From assembly GCA_900321525.1 (NCBI GenBank), contig ONWL01000001.1, forward strand, positions 1-31,568: a stretch of 31,568 nt of DNA. Reading direction: 5' to 3'. Every line of letters begins with the position of its first letter. Position 1 is the first letter of the stretch. The stretch is from an uncultured Eubacteriales bacterium. GTDB lineage: Bacteria; Bacillota; Clostridia; Lachnospirales; Lachnospiraceae. The notes under the pieces are model-generated. The model was not told the DNA's origin, did not search any database, and saw nothing but the letters and a program-made list of their open reading frames with translations. This document shows positions 1 to 7,909 of the stretch, in pieces. Made by a program: the position numbers and the translations under genes.

Positions 1-120
1 AAGTCAAGAACAGGTCGTGCATTCCTTGTTTTATGATGAATAACTGTAATGATCACTATATTTTTTGTGTCTTTACATTTTTATGATAAGACAAATGCAG
101 GCAAGGAGGTGTTCTGACGG

Positions 121-668
121 ATGGATGATCGTGACTGCGGTTTGACAAATAAGCTGTTCCGACTGCTTCGTGCATTGGGCACTGGTCTTGTACGCACCGG
201 AAATCTGCGAGAGAAAATGGCGGAAGGGTGTCCGATCGGTGTATCAATTAAGTTTTCAATGGTCAGCATTCAATTGAGATTGTTGCAACAGTATCCGGTT
301 CCCGTGATACTCCTATCTGGTGTATGGTCTATGGCGATCTGTATTTTGAGCATGAAGCCGCCATCTTCTCCAATCAGATGAAGTATGAAAGAGGCATCGA
401 ATCAATTGGTTTTGATGAGGCAATACTGTCCTTTTACAACAGAAAAATGAAGTATTCTCTTGGCATTCTGAGACTTCAGAATACCAAAGGTCATAAACCT
501 GTTATGTATTCCGAGGAAGATGCGGTGGAAAACATCGACGACTATATCAATGGAACGGATAATCAACTGCCAAATGATGATGCAGATGAACAGCAGAGTT
601 TTTTCGTTCCAGCTTTAACGCAGCAAGATACTGAGACTACAATATTTCAGGAGCAATCGGTATTATAA
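121..668 (+). pseudogene. Degenerate remnant resembling ParB-like/DUF6551 proteins of Firmicutes mobile elements
   Basis: RBS AGGAGG before ATG 121. The frame of ORF 324-668 extends upstream as VSDRCIN*VFNGQHSIEIVATVSGSRDTPIWCMVYGDLYFEHEAAIFSNQMKY with an in-frame TAA at 249-251. Family call is from recalled similarity only. Confidence 0.4.
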
Positions 669-1613
669 CCCCAAATCCCGCTTAACAGCATAATCAACAC
701 TTCTGGTCTCTGCATTTTCCTTGAAACTCCTGCCATTGGCTTCGTTGAACAGAGTGCTGATAAGGTAACGCTCGAAGTTACGGACATTATCGGTCTGCTT
801 TATCTGCTCTATCGCATTTTCAAGGCATATCCTGTCAACCTTGAGCATAGCCGACTTGATGACTTCACGAGGAAACTCCTGTCCGCAGATACGCTCTGTT
901 TTCTTTCGGGAGCATATCGCCCTCACGATCATCTGTACGATCTCGTCTAGTTCCTCCACGGTCATATAGCCGTCAGAGTCCTCAGCCCACAGAGAATAGT
1001 CATCGTATTCGATGTTGGACTTCACAACTTCGGTATATATTTCTTTTTCCTGCATATATCCGTCCATCTGTCCATCATCAGAACATTTTTCAACACTGCT
1101 TTCATGTGGGGAACGGGATTGATCGATTGATAGTTGATCACTTGATACTTCTTTTTTTGATATTTCTTCTTTTGTTATTATATAATCGTGCGGCTTTTCA
1201 AGATGTTCACTTGCTTGATATTGATTTTCAGTATCAAGGTTTTCCGTATCTGAAAAATCAGTATCTTGTGAACCATAATAATCCGAGTTTTCAACATCTG
1301 TGTCATCAGCAGTATCACAGGCGCACGGCTCGTCATAGATATAATACACCCAGTCTTTTATCTTGCCATTCTCATAAAGGCGTTCTCTCCGAAGGTAGCC
1401 TAATGCTTCCAGCCTTTTGAGCGCACCTGAGATCTTGGTAACCCCGTCGGGCATGATCGCTGCCAGACCTCTGATCGAGAAGTTCCAGTCATCAGCCATA
1501 GATACCAGTGTAACATAAGCACCTCTCTCGGTACAGCCCATTCTCTTGTCCCTCAGAACAGTGTTGTTGATGATAGTAAAATTTCCGGTCAGTTTCTTTT
1601 TCAGCTTAGGCAT
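663..1613 (-). CDS. Replication initiator / replisome-organiser-like protein (N-terminal winged HTH, C-terminal DUF6017), 316 aa
   Basis: N-terminus GNFTIINNTVLRDKRMG...DDWNFSIRGLAA...LKRLEALGYLRR, acidic low-complexity linker, C-terminal NIEYD...KSAMLKVD...NFERYLISTLFN. RBS AGGAGG. Confidence 0.8.
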   Translation of the reverse strand: MPKLKKKLTGNFTIINNTVLRDKRMGCTERGAYVTLVSMADDWNFSIRGLAAIMPDGVTKISGALKRLEALGYLRRERLYENGKIKDWVYYIYDEPCACDTADDTDVENSDYYGSQDTDFSDTENLDTENQYQASEHLEKPHDYIITKEEISKKEVSSDQLSIDQSRSPHESSVEKCSDDGQMDGYMQEKEIYTEVVKSNIEYDDYSLWAEDSDGYMTVEELDEIVQMIVRAICSRKKTERICGQEFPREVIKSAMLKVDRICLENAIEQIKQTDNVRNFERYLISTLFNEANGRSFKENAETRSVDYAVKRDLGL

Positions 1614-1677
1614 AATAATTCCTCCTGATAATAAAAATGCTCCTCATTCCTGAGAAGCAATGTACTTATTCGGTTAT

Positions 1678-1730
1678 AAAAAACAGCGGACGGTGCTTCA
1701 CTTTCAATGAAACATCGTCCGCTATTTTTT
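1678..1730. terminator. Bidirectional intrinsic-terminator-like hairpin upstream of rep
   Basis: AGCGGACGGTGCTTCA (1685-1700) / TGAAACATCGTCCGCT (1708-1723), flanked by an A run and a T run. Confidence 0.7.
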
Positions 1731-1747
1731 GCCTGTCAACAGCTTTA

Positions 1748-1813
1748 TCTACCAACTTTAATGGTTGTCTACCAATTTACTATTCCTATGCTCGTCTACC
1801 AATCGTCTACCAA
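1748..1813 (+). repeat. Four direct repeats TCTACCAA (candidate integrase arm-type or Rep binding sites)
   Basis: Copies at 1748, 1768, 1795 and 1806; the last two form a tandem CGTCTACCAA with 11-bp period inside the inverted repeat GCTCGT/ACGAGC. Confidence 0.7.
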
Positions 1814-1959
1814 AACGAGCATTTTTGATGATTTTTCTTTTCCCCGTATTTTCGGGGATTTTTCATTTCCAGAGCTTAATAGTGCCGATTTTACGGGCTT
1901 AGAATGAGTTTGTATTACTTGTAATTCCGCAGAATGATTTACGCTCTATAAAATTCCAA

Positions 1960-2052
1960 ATCCACTCTGTCGTTTGTGTTTTTGCCTGCAAAACTCAGGA
2001 TTTTGCTTTGCAAAACCCTCGCGGAATAGTGGATCCCCAATAGTTAACTATT
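1960..2052. repeat. Nested palindromic (REP-like) element
   Basis: ATCCACT (1960-1966)/AGTGGAT (2028-2034) enclose two TTTTGC-N2/3-GCAAAA palindromes; a perfect 14-bp palindrome AATAGTTAACTATT follows at 2039-2052. Confidence 0.5.
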
Positions 2053-2058
2053 TATTTT

Positions 2059-3672
2059 TTACAGCAACACCATATATGCCTCATAAGGTCTAAGCACCCC
2101 CTCTTTCCAATCCGAATAGTTATGCATCAGGACAGTTCCATCTCCTATGTGCCATTCTGGAACTGCCACTTCCGTACCATGAAAATTTGCATACACGAAC
2201 AGTTTCTGTCCTTTCCATGTTCTCTGATACACAAACAAATCCGGATGGGTTTCATACATCAATTGAAAATCCCCATAGATAAATACCGGATACTGTTTTC
2301 GAAGTGCAATCAGTTTCTGATAACAGCTAAAGATCGAAGTTTCATCTTTCATCTGCTGCTCTGCATGAATTTCCTGATAATTTGGATTTACTGCAATCCA
2401 GGGCAGACCGGTAGTAAAACCGGCATTTGCTTCCCCACTCCACTGCATTGGCGTTCTGGCGTTGTCCCGGCTTTTGGCATGAATGGAGGCCAGAATTTCC
2501 GCTTCACTGTAACCTGCAGCCTTTCGCTCCTGATACACATTCAGGGTTTCAATATCACGATACTGATCCAATGTGAAGTCTGCATTGGTCATGCCCAGTT
2601 CCTCTCCCTGATAAATATAAGGTGTTCCCTGCATGCCGTGAAGTACCATTGCCAGCATCTTGGCGGACTCTACTCTGTACACCCCATCATTGCCCCATCT
2701 GGATACGATGCGAGGCAAGTCATGGTTGTTCCAGAACAAGCTGTTCCAGCCCTGTCCATACAACTCCTTCTGCCATTTGGCAAAGGTCTGTTTCAGCTTT
2801 ACAAAGTCCAATGGATACAGATCCCACTTTTCCTTCCCCGGTTCCTGATCCAGTCCGATGTGCTCAAACTGGAATACCATGGAAAACTCACTCTCATCCG
2901 GTGCACTGTATAATTTGGCACGATCACAATCTGCCCCCCAGGCTTCTCCTACGGTAATCAGATCATGTCCCCAAAATGCCTCTCTGCTCAATTCCCGGAT
3001 ATAGGTATGCAGCTTGGGGCCATTGATGGTAATCTTCTGATCCGGCTCTTTGGCAATCTGGTCAATGACATCCAATCGGAAACCACCGATGCCTTTGTCT
3101 ACCCACCAGCGGATCATCTGATAGATTTCCTGCCGCATTGCAGGGTTGTCCCAGTTCAGATCCGGCTGTTCTTTTGCAAACTGATGAAAATAATACTGCC
3201 CCACCTCCGGCACCCACTCCCAGCAGGAGCCGCCAAAGATAGCTTTCATGTCATTTGGTGGTGTACCTTCTACTCCATCCCGCCATACATAATAGTCGTG
3301 GTAACGGCTTTCACGGCTTTTCCTTGCCTCCTGAAACCAGACATGCTGGTCAGACGAATGATTCAGCACCAAATCCAAAATGATGCGGATGCCACGCTTT
3401 TTTGCCTCTGTGATCAACCGTTCCATATCCTCCATAGTTCCAAACATGGGATCAATGTCCTGATAATCCGAAATATCATATCCGTTGTCCTTCTGGGGGG
3501 ACTTGCACACCGGAGACAACCAGATGGCATCAATACCCAGTGTCTGCAAATACTCCAGTCTGCGGATAATGCCGGGCAGGTCACCAATCCCATCTCCATT
3601 GCTGTCCTGAAAACTGCGGGGATAAATCTGATACACCACTGCCTGTTTCCACCATTTTTCCATTTGTTCCAT
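2059..3672 (-). CDS. malL: GH13 oligo-1,6-glucosidase / alpha-glucosidase (GH13_31-like), 537 aa
   Basis: WWKQAVVYQIYPRSFQDSNGDGIGDL, DLVLNHSSD, GFRLDVID (nucleophile), VGEAW, WNNHDLPR, YIYQGEELGM, RDNARTPMQW. Start reset to ATG 3672 behind AAGGAGG. Confidence 0.92.
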   Translation of the reverse strand: MEQMEKWWKQAVVYQIYPRSFQDSNGDGIGDLPGIIRRLEYLQTLGIDAIWLSPVCKSPQKDNGYDISDYQDIDPMFGTMEDMERLITEAKKRGIRIILDLVLNHSSDQHVWFQEARKSRESRYHDYYVWRDGVEGTPPNDMKAIFGGSCWEWVPEVGQYYFHQFAKEQPDLNWDNPAMRQEIYQMIRWWVDKGIGGFRLDVIDQIAKEPDQKITINGPKLHTYIRELSREAFWGHDLITVGEAWGADCDRAKLYSAPDESEFSMVFQFEHIGLDQEPGKEKWDLYPLDFVKLKQTFAKWQKELYGQGWNSLFWNNHDLPRIVSRWGNDGVYRVESAKMLAMVLHGMQGTPYIYQGEELGMTNADFTLDQYRDIETLNVYQERKAAGYSEAEILASIHAKSRDNARTPMQWSGEANAGFTTGLPWIAVNPNYQEIHAEQQMKDETSIFSCYQKLIALRKQYPVFIYGDFQLMYETHPDLFVYQRTWKGQKLFVYANFHGTEVAVPEWHIGDGTVLMHNYSDWKEGVLRPYEAYMVLL

Positions 3673-3690
3673 ACTTCCTCCTTTTATACA

Positions 3691-3715
3691 AAAAGGGAGC
3701 CCGAAGACTCCCCTT
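3691..3715 (-). terminator. Intrinsic terminator after spoIIID
   Basis: Minus strand GGGAGTC-TTCG-GGCTCCC-TTTT: C(UUCG)G tetraloop stem plus U run. Confidence 0.7.
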
Positions 3716-3802
3716 CCGAATTCTGACACACCTCGTCTTATTTCGGTTTTTTCACACAGTTCACAGAGAGTGCACTTTTCTCCTATCCGAAAATTTCATT
3801 CC

Positions 3803-4057
3803 CTATGCACTTTTATGTTCATATTTTGCTTTTGTGGCCATACCGCCCCGAATATGTCGTTCTGACTTATTGATATCCAGTATGACTCTGGCTTCTCTTG
3901 CCAACACAGGATTCACGGTCAGCAGACGTTCTGTCAGATCTTTGTGCACCGTTGATTTGCTGATACCAAACTGTCTGGCAGTCTGTCTGACTGTTGCCTG
4001 ATAATCCACAATGTACTGACCAATTTCCACGGCCCGCTCTTCAATATATTCCTTCAT
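3803..4057 (-). CDS. spoIIID: Stage III sporulation protein D (transcription regulator), 84 aa
   Basis: MKEYIEERAVEIGQYIV...ATVRQTARQFGISKSTVHKDLTERL...NKSERHIRGGMATKAKY is the SpoIIID signature. RBS GGAGGA. Confidence 0.97.
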   Translation of the reverse strand: MKEYIEERAVEIGQYIVDYQATVRQTARQFGISKSTVHKDLTERLLTVNPVLAREARVILDINKSERHIRGGMATKAKYEHKSA

Positions 4058-4082
4058 GTCTATCCTCCCGGAGGATTTGTAC

Positions 4083-4111
4083 ATCTTATGAAGGAATTGT
4101 CCGAACTATGC
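4083..4111 (-). promoter_or_regulatory. Sigma-E-like promoter for spoIIID
   Basis: Minus strand GCATA-N16-CATAAGAT fits the B. subtilis sigma-E consensus ATa-N16-18-cATAcanT; the -35 overlaps the malQ stop codon. Confidence 0.6.
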
Positions 4112-5584
4112 CCGTTTACTTCTGGCAAGAATTGCCGGACGGCACTTTGCCAGTTCAATCTCTGCATGATCAAATGTCATCATGCGCCATTCCCAGTTGG
4201 GACTGCCTACTGTCCCTGGTGTGTTGATATGGGCTTCCGCACCCAGTCCCAAAATATCCGGCATAGAAATGATGGCATATTCTGCCTTGCACGCCAACGT
4301 ATATGCCAACAGTCTGTCCTTAACAGAACCTGTGGTGGCACCATTCTTCTTTAAGAACTGACGCACCTTTCTCTTTCTGGCAGGACTTAATTTGCCATAC
4401 CACTCCATTGCAGTATCATTGTCATGAGTACCAGTGTAAATGATCATATTTTCCACATCATGGAAATTATCATATGCATATTTGCCATTGGTATCAATGG
4501 CGAATACAAGAATCTTCATTCCTTTCAAATGATAATGATCCTTTAATTCCAGCACTTCCGGACGCAGATCGCCCAGATCCTCCGCCACCAGATTCACATT
4601 TGGAATCTTGGCATATAAAGTATCCAGCACTTCATAGCCAGGTGCCTCAACCCATTCTCCCTCTATTGCTGTAGGGCAGGTAGCCGGAACCTTCCAATAT
4701 GTATCAAATGCACGGAAATGGTCGATTCGGATGATGTCAAACAACTTGCTGCTATAACCGATTCGATTTACCCAAAACTGATATCCATTTTCTGTCATAT
4801 GCTCCCAGTTGTAGATCGGGTTGCCCCATCTTTGTCCGGTGGCGCTGAAATAATCCGGTGGTACTCCGGCAATAAAGATCGGTCTGCCATCTGTATCGAT
4901 CAGGAAATCATCCTTACCTCCCCACACATCCTGGGAATCTACACCTACATAAAATGGCACATCCCCCATAATCTGGATGCCCTTTTCATTTGCCAGCTGT
5001 TTGACCTGCATCCACTGCTTATAAAATACATACTGGAGGAATACATGGTAATCGGCTTCCTTTTTTACCTCGTCAGACAAAGGTGTACGCTTTTCAGGCC
5101 ATTCTTTATCTGTCTGCGGCCACTCATTCCAGCATGCATTGTGATTTTGCCTCTTCAGCGCAAGAAACACTCCGTACTCGTATACCCATGACTGTGCCGC
5201 AAATTCCTGATAGGCAGCCTCCTGTTGTCCATGGCCAGCGCAAAATGCCTCATATGCTTTTCTTAAATAAGGCTCCTTATAAGCCCGGCTGGCATCATAG
5301 TCGATCTTGTCTGCATATTGACGGAATGCTTCCGGTTCTTCTTCCAGCAGCCCTTCTTTTTGCAACAGCTCCAGACTGATATACATCTCATCGCCTGCAT
5401 AAGAAGAATATGGCTGGTATGGAGAATTGCCGTATCCAACCGGGTTCATTGGTAAAATCTGCCAGATCGTAATGTGATTTTGCTCCAAAAGTGTGATCCA
5501 GCGAAATGCACTTTCACCCAGTTCTCCGATACCGGTACGGGATGGCAGTGCAGAAACTGGCATTAAAATACCTGTTTGTTTCAT
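4106..5584 (-). CDS. malQ: 4-alpha-glucanotransferase (amylomaltase, GH77), 492 aa
   Basis: GILMPVSALPS, WQILPMNP, SPYQPYSSYAG, GDVPFYV, GVPPDYFSATGQRWGNPIY, IIRIDHFRAF, AEDLG, YTGTHDNDT, INTPGT...NWEWR. Start reset to 5584. Confidence 0.95.
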   Translation of the reverse strand: MKQTGILMPVSALPSRTGIGELGESAFRWITLLEQNHITIWQILPMNPVGYGNSPYQPYSSYAGDEMYISLELLQKEGLLEEEPEAFRQYADKIDYDASRAYKEPYLRKAYEAFCAGHGQQEAAYQEFAAQSWVYEYGVFLALKRQNHNACWNEWPQTDKEWPEKRTPLSDEVKKEADYHVFLQYVFYKQWMQVKQLANEKGIQIMGDVPFYVGVDSQDVWGGKDDFLIDTDGRPIFIAGVPPDYFSATGQRWGNPIYNWEHMTENGYQFWVNRIGYSSKLFDIIRIDHFRAFDTYWKVPATCPTAIEGEWVEAPGYEVLDTLYAKIPNVNLVAEDLGDLRPEVLELKDHYHLKGMKILVFAIDTNGKYAYDNFHDVENMIIYTGTHDNDTAMEWYGKLSPARKRKVRQFLKKNGATTGSVKDRLLAYTLACKAEYAIISMPDILGLGAEAHINTPGTVGSPNWEWRMMTFDHAEIELAKCRPAILARSKRA

Positions 5585-5813
5585 AATAACCCCCATTCCG
5601 AAGCGTTTTTTCATAAAACCTACAAAAATTCTTCGCGACTGTCCAGTCCTCTTGCAAATAACAGCAGCCAAATAGTCACAATACTTCTAAATTCAAATTT
5701 TCAGTTTTGGCAGTTTCACAACGCTTCTCTGCAAACTGCCGTCCATAACGGACTTGATTGCTTACAGTTTACCAAATATTATTCGGTTTGAAAAGTCTTT
5801 TTTTTCATTCCCT

Positions 5814-7796
5814 CTATTTTCCTTCCGTATTCTCACTTTGTATCCGCTCCACTTCTTTGTATACCCGAAGCAATTCTCCTACGCTCCACGCCTGACCATA
5901 GCACCCTTTGGAAGAAACCGGTGCTGCGCCATCATAAACCTCTGCCAGATGAAACAGACAGCCTTCATACAGCCAGCTTTCTAACTGTTCCATCCCCCGC
6001 TGTACCTCATAAAGTGCCTGCTCCATATCTTCTGCATTGGTCAACACTGCCCTGTAATAGGCTCCCAACGGAAATGCCCATACGGTTCCCTGATGGTAGG
6101 CACGATCCCGCTCTGGCTGACTGCCCCCATACCAAGGGTGAAACGCCGGATCATCTGGAGAAAGAGAGCGGAGTCCAACCGGAGTATATAGTTTTTCCTT
6201 GACCGCCTGTAAGATTCGTCTTCCCTGTTCCTTTGACAACATCTGATACGACATAGACAATGCAAAAACCTGATTACAGCGAAATTGTGTTTCCTCTGAA
6301 CCGCCATTGATCACATCTTTCAGATACCCTTCCGATTCCATCCAGAATTCCTTTAAAAAACTTTCCTTTGTCTTCTCTGCCATGATCCCATACCTAGTGC
6401 CATCCTTGCCAATAAACACAGAAAATTCCTCCAGTATTTTCAATGCATTATACCAGTAAGCATTGATTTCCACCGGTTTCCCATGTCTGGGAGTGGGCAG
6501 TTCTTCTCCAATCCGTACATCCATCCAGGTCACCTGCTCCAGTGCATCTCCTGCATGGATCAAACCATCTGCATCCATGCCAATGTGATACTCTGTTCCA
6601 TTCTGATACCACTGTATGATTTCCTCCATCACCGGGTAAGACTCCCGGATAAATGCCAGATCATCTGATGCCTTCCAGTATTCATATACACTTTCAAAAA
6701 ACAACAACGCCGCATCTACTGTATTGTACATGGGCTCCCCATCTCCCTCCGGAAAGAGATTGGGCATCAGACCTTTTTTACAATATGCCATAAAAGTGCG
6801 CAAAATGCTCTTACAACTGTCCAAATCTCCCGTTGCCAATGTACACCCCGGCAGTGCAATCATGGTATCTCTACCCCAGTCTTCAAAATAGGGATACCCT
6901 GCAATGATGCTTTTCCCGCCTGTAGAGGCCCTTTCTACAATGTACTGTGTGGCACTAACCGCCAGCTGTTGTCCTGCTGGATTTTCTATTCCACACCGCT
7001 GTATCAGAGTCTCCCTGCGCTTCGTTTCTTCTGTTTTCCACTGCTGCACTGTTTTTTCGGTGATTTTTTCCACGGCATCTTCCATGCTGTACACCAGATA
7101 GCATACTGTTTCTTCTGCTGCTACATCAAAACGAATCCGATGATTCAACACCACACTTCCTATCGCACATCTGCCATCTCTGGCATCCTGCTCATAGTAC
7201 AGATCGTCCCACCGCTCCTCCGGCAGCAGTTCTACTGTACCATTTGTCTTATAATATAAATGCAATCCATTGCTGCTGATGTGTGTTGCATCAATCTCAA
7301 ACCTCTGATCTTTGGCAGGACTGGTTCCCTTGGGAGAAAAACACATCAATGGCGTCACCAGAAGTGTGCCTCCTCTTCTGCCGTCTCCTCTAACCACGTA
7401 CCGCAGTACAATCGTATTGCAATTCTGCCGCATCAAAAGGGTTTTTTCAATTTCCACTCCATCTGCTCTGTAGTACCATGTAGGAACCACATCCAAAGAA
7501 AACCCTTCCAAGAACCGGAATCCTTCTGCATTCTTGGTATGATTCACAAATTCCTGTGTATATAGTCCCACAGTCTTTCCATCTAAAATCAGCTGCTCTT
7601 TCACATTGGCCAGCATCTTCACACGTTTGTTGGGTGCCTTTACAGCACCAATGAGTAAGCCTTGATCCATTCTAGGCGTATCTCCAGTGACAGTCATAGA
7701 AGCATAACCGCCCAGACCATTTGTCAGCAGGAAACACTTCTCCTGCCCTCTTCTAAAGTCAGTCCAGGCAGACCGGTTTAACATTATCTGCTGCAT
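5814..7796 (-). CDS. Amylo-alpha-1,6-glucosidase (glycogen debranching enzyme, GH133-type with GDE_N domain), 660 aa
   Basis: FLLTNGLGGYAS N-terminus; IIAGYPYFEDWGRDTMIALPG, GLMPNLF, YNTVDAALLF, TWMDV, GKPVEINAYWYNAL, RCNQVFAL, YHQGTVWAF, EVYDG...GCYGQAWSVGE. Confidence 0.9.
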   Translation of the reverse strand: MQQIMLNRSAWTDFRRGQEKCFLLTNGLGGYASMTVTGDTPRMDQGLLIGAVKAPNKRVKMLANVKEQLILDGKTVGLYTQEFVNHTKNAEGFRFLEGFSLDVVPTWYYRADGVEIEKTLLMRQNCNTIVLRYVVRGDGRRGGTLLVTPLMCFSPKGTSPAKDQRFEIDATHISSNGLHLYYKTNGTVELLPEERWDDLYYEQDARDGRCAIGSVVLNHRIRFDVAAEETVCYLVYSMEDAVEKITEKTVQQWKTEETKRRETLIQRCGIENPAGQQLAVSATQYIVERASTGGKSIIAGYPYFEDWGRDTMIALPGCTLATGDLDSCKSILRTFMAYCKKGLMPNLFPEGDGEPMYNTVDAALLFFESVYEYWKASDDLAFIRESYPVMEEIIQWYQNGTEYHIGMDADGLIHAGDALEQVTWMDVRIGEELPTPRHGKPVEINAYWYNALKILEEFSVFIGKDGTRYGIMAEKTKESFLKEFWMESEGYLKDVINGGSEETQFRCNQVFALSMSYQMLSKEQGRRILQAVKEKLYTPVGLRSLSPDDPAFHPWYGGSQPERDRAYHQGTVWAFPLGAYYRAVLTNAEDMEQALYEVQRGMEQLESWLYEGCLFHLAEVYDGAAPVSSKGCYGQAWSVGELLRVYKEVERIQSENTEGK

Positions 7797-7873
7797 GTTC
7801 CCCTCCTGTTTTTATGATGTAATAAAATCTCTTTTGCGTAGCCCTCTTTGATGACAGAATTTTTCTGTTACGC

Positions 7874-7900
7874 AAAAAGGGACTGCCTTTCGACAGCCCC
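7874..7900 (-). terminator. Intrinsic terminator after the ABC permeases
   Basis: Minus strand GGGGCTGTC-GAAA-GGCAGTCCC-TTTTT (9-bp stem including G-U pairs, GNRA loop). Confidence 0.75.
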
Positions 7901-7909
7901 CTGTAATCA

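Larger units (their letters stand above)
1..1930. mobile_element. Terminal segment of an integrative (IME/ICE-like) element; right boundary approximate
   Basis: Contains a DUF6017-type Rep gene, a decayed accessory gene and four TCTACCAA direct repeats (1748-1813) just before the chromosomal-type glucan locus. No integrase is in the window, so the boundary is inferred. Confidence 0.55.

Noticed and set aside
121-381. 86-aa ORF as a real protein
   Set aside because: It has a good RBS, but recognisable homology lies in another frame; best read as the frameshifted start of the pseudogene.
1748-1813. TCTACCAA repeats as a mini CRISPR array
   Set aside because: Repeats are 8-10 bp with irregular 3-19 bp gaps, and no cas genes are present.
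2122-3726. Long + strand ORFs (263 and 253 aa) antisense to malL, and similar ones at 12375-13565 and 26398-27105
   Set aside because: Shadow ORFs opposite well-conserved genes, with no RBS or motifs.
3673-3729. Longer ORF-track starts for malL (also spoIIID, malQ, malF, regulator, HAD, glnA, pduL, porA, proX)
   Set aside because: Downstream ATGs have properly spaced Shine-Dalgarno sites and match family N-termini; the extensions overlap terminators or neighbouring genes.
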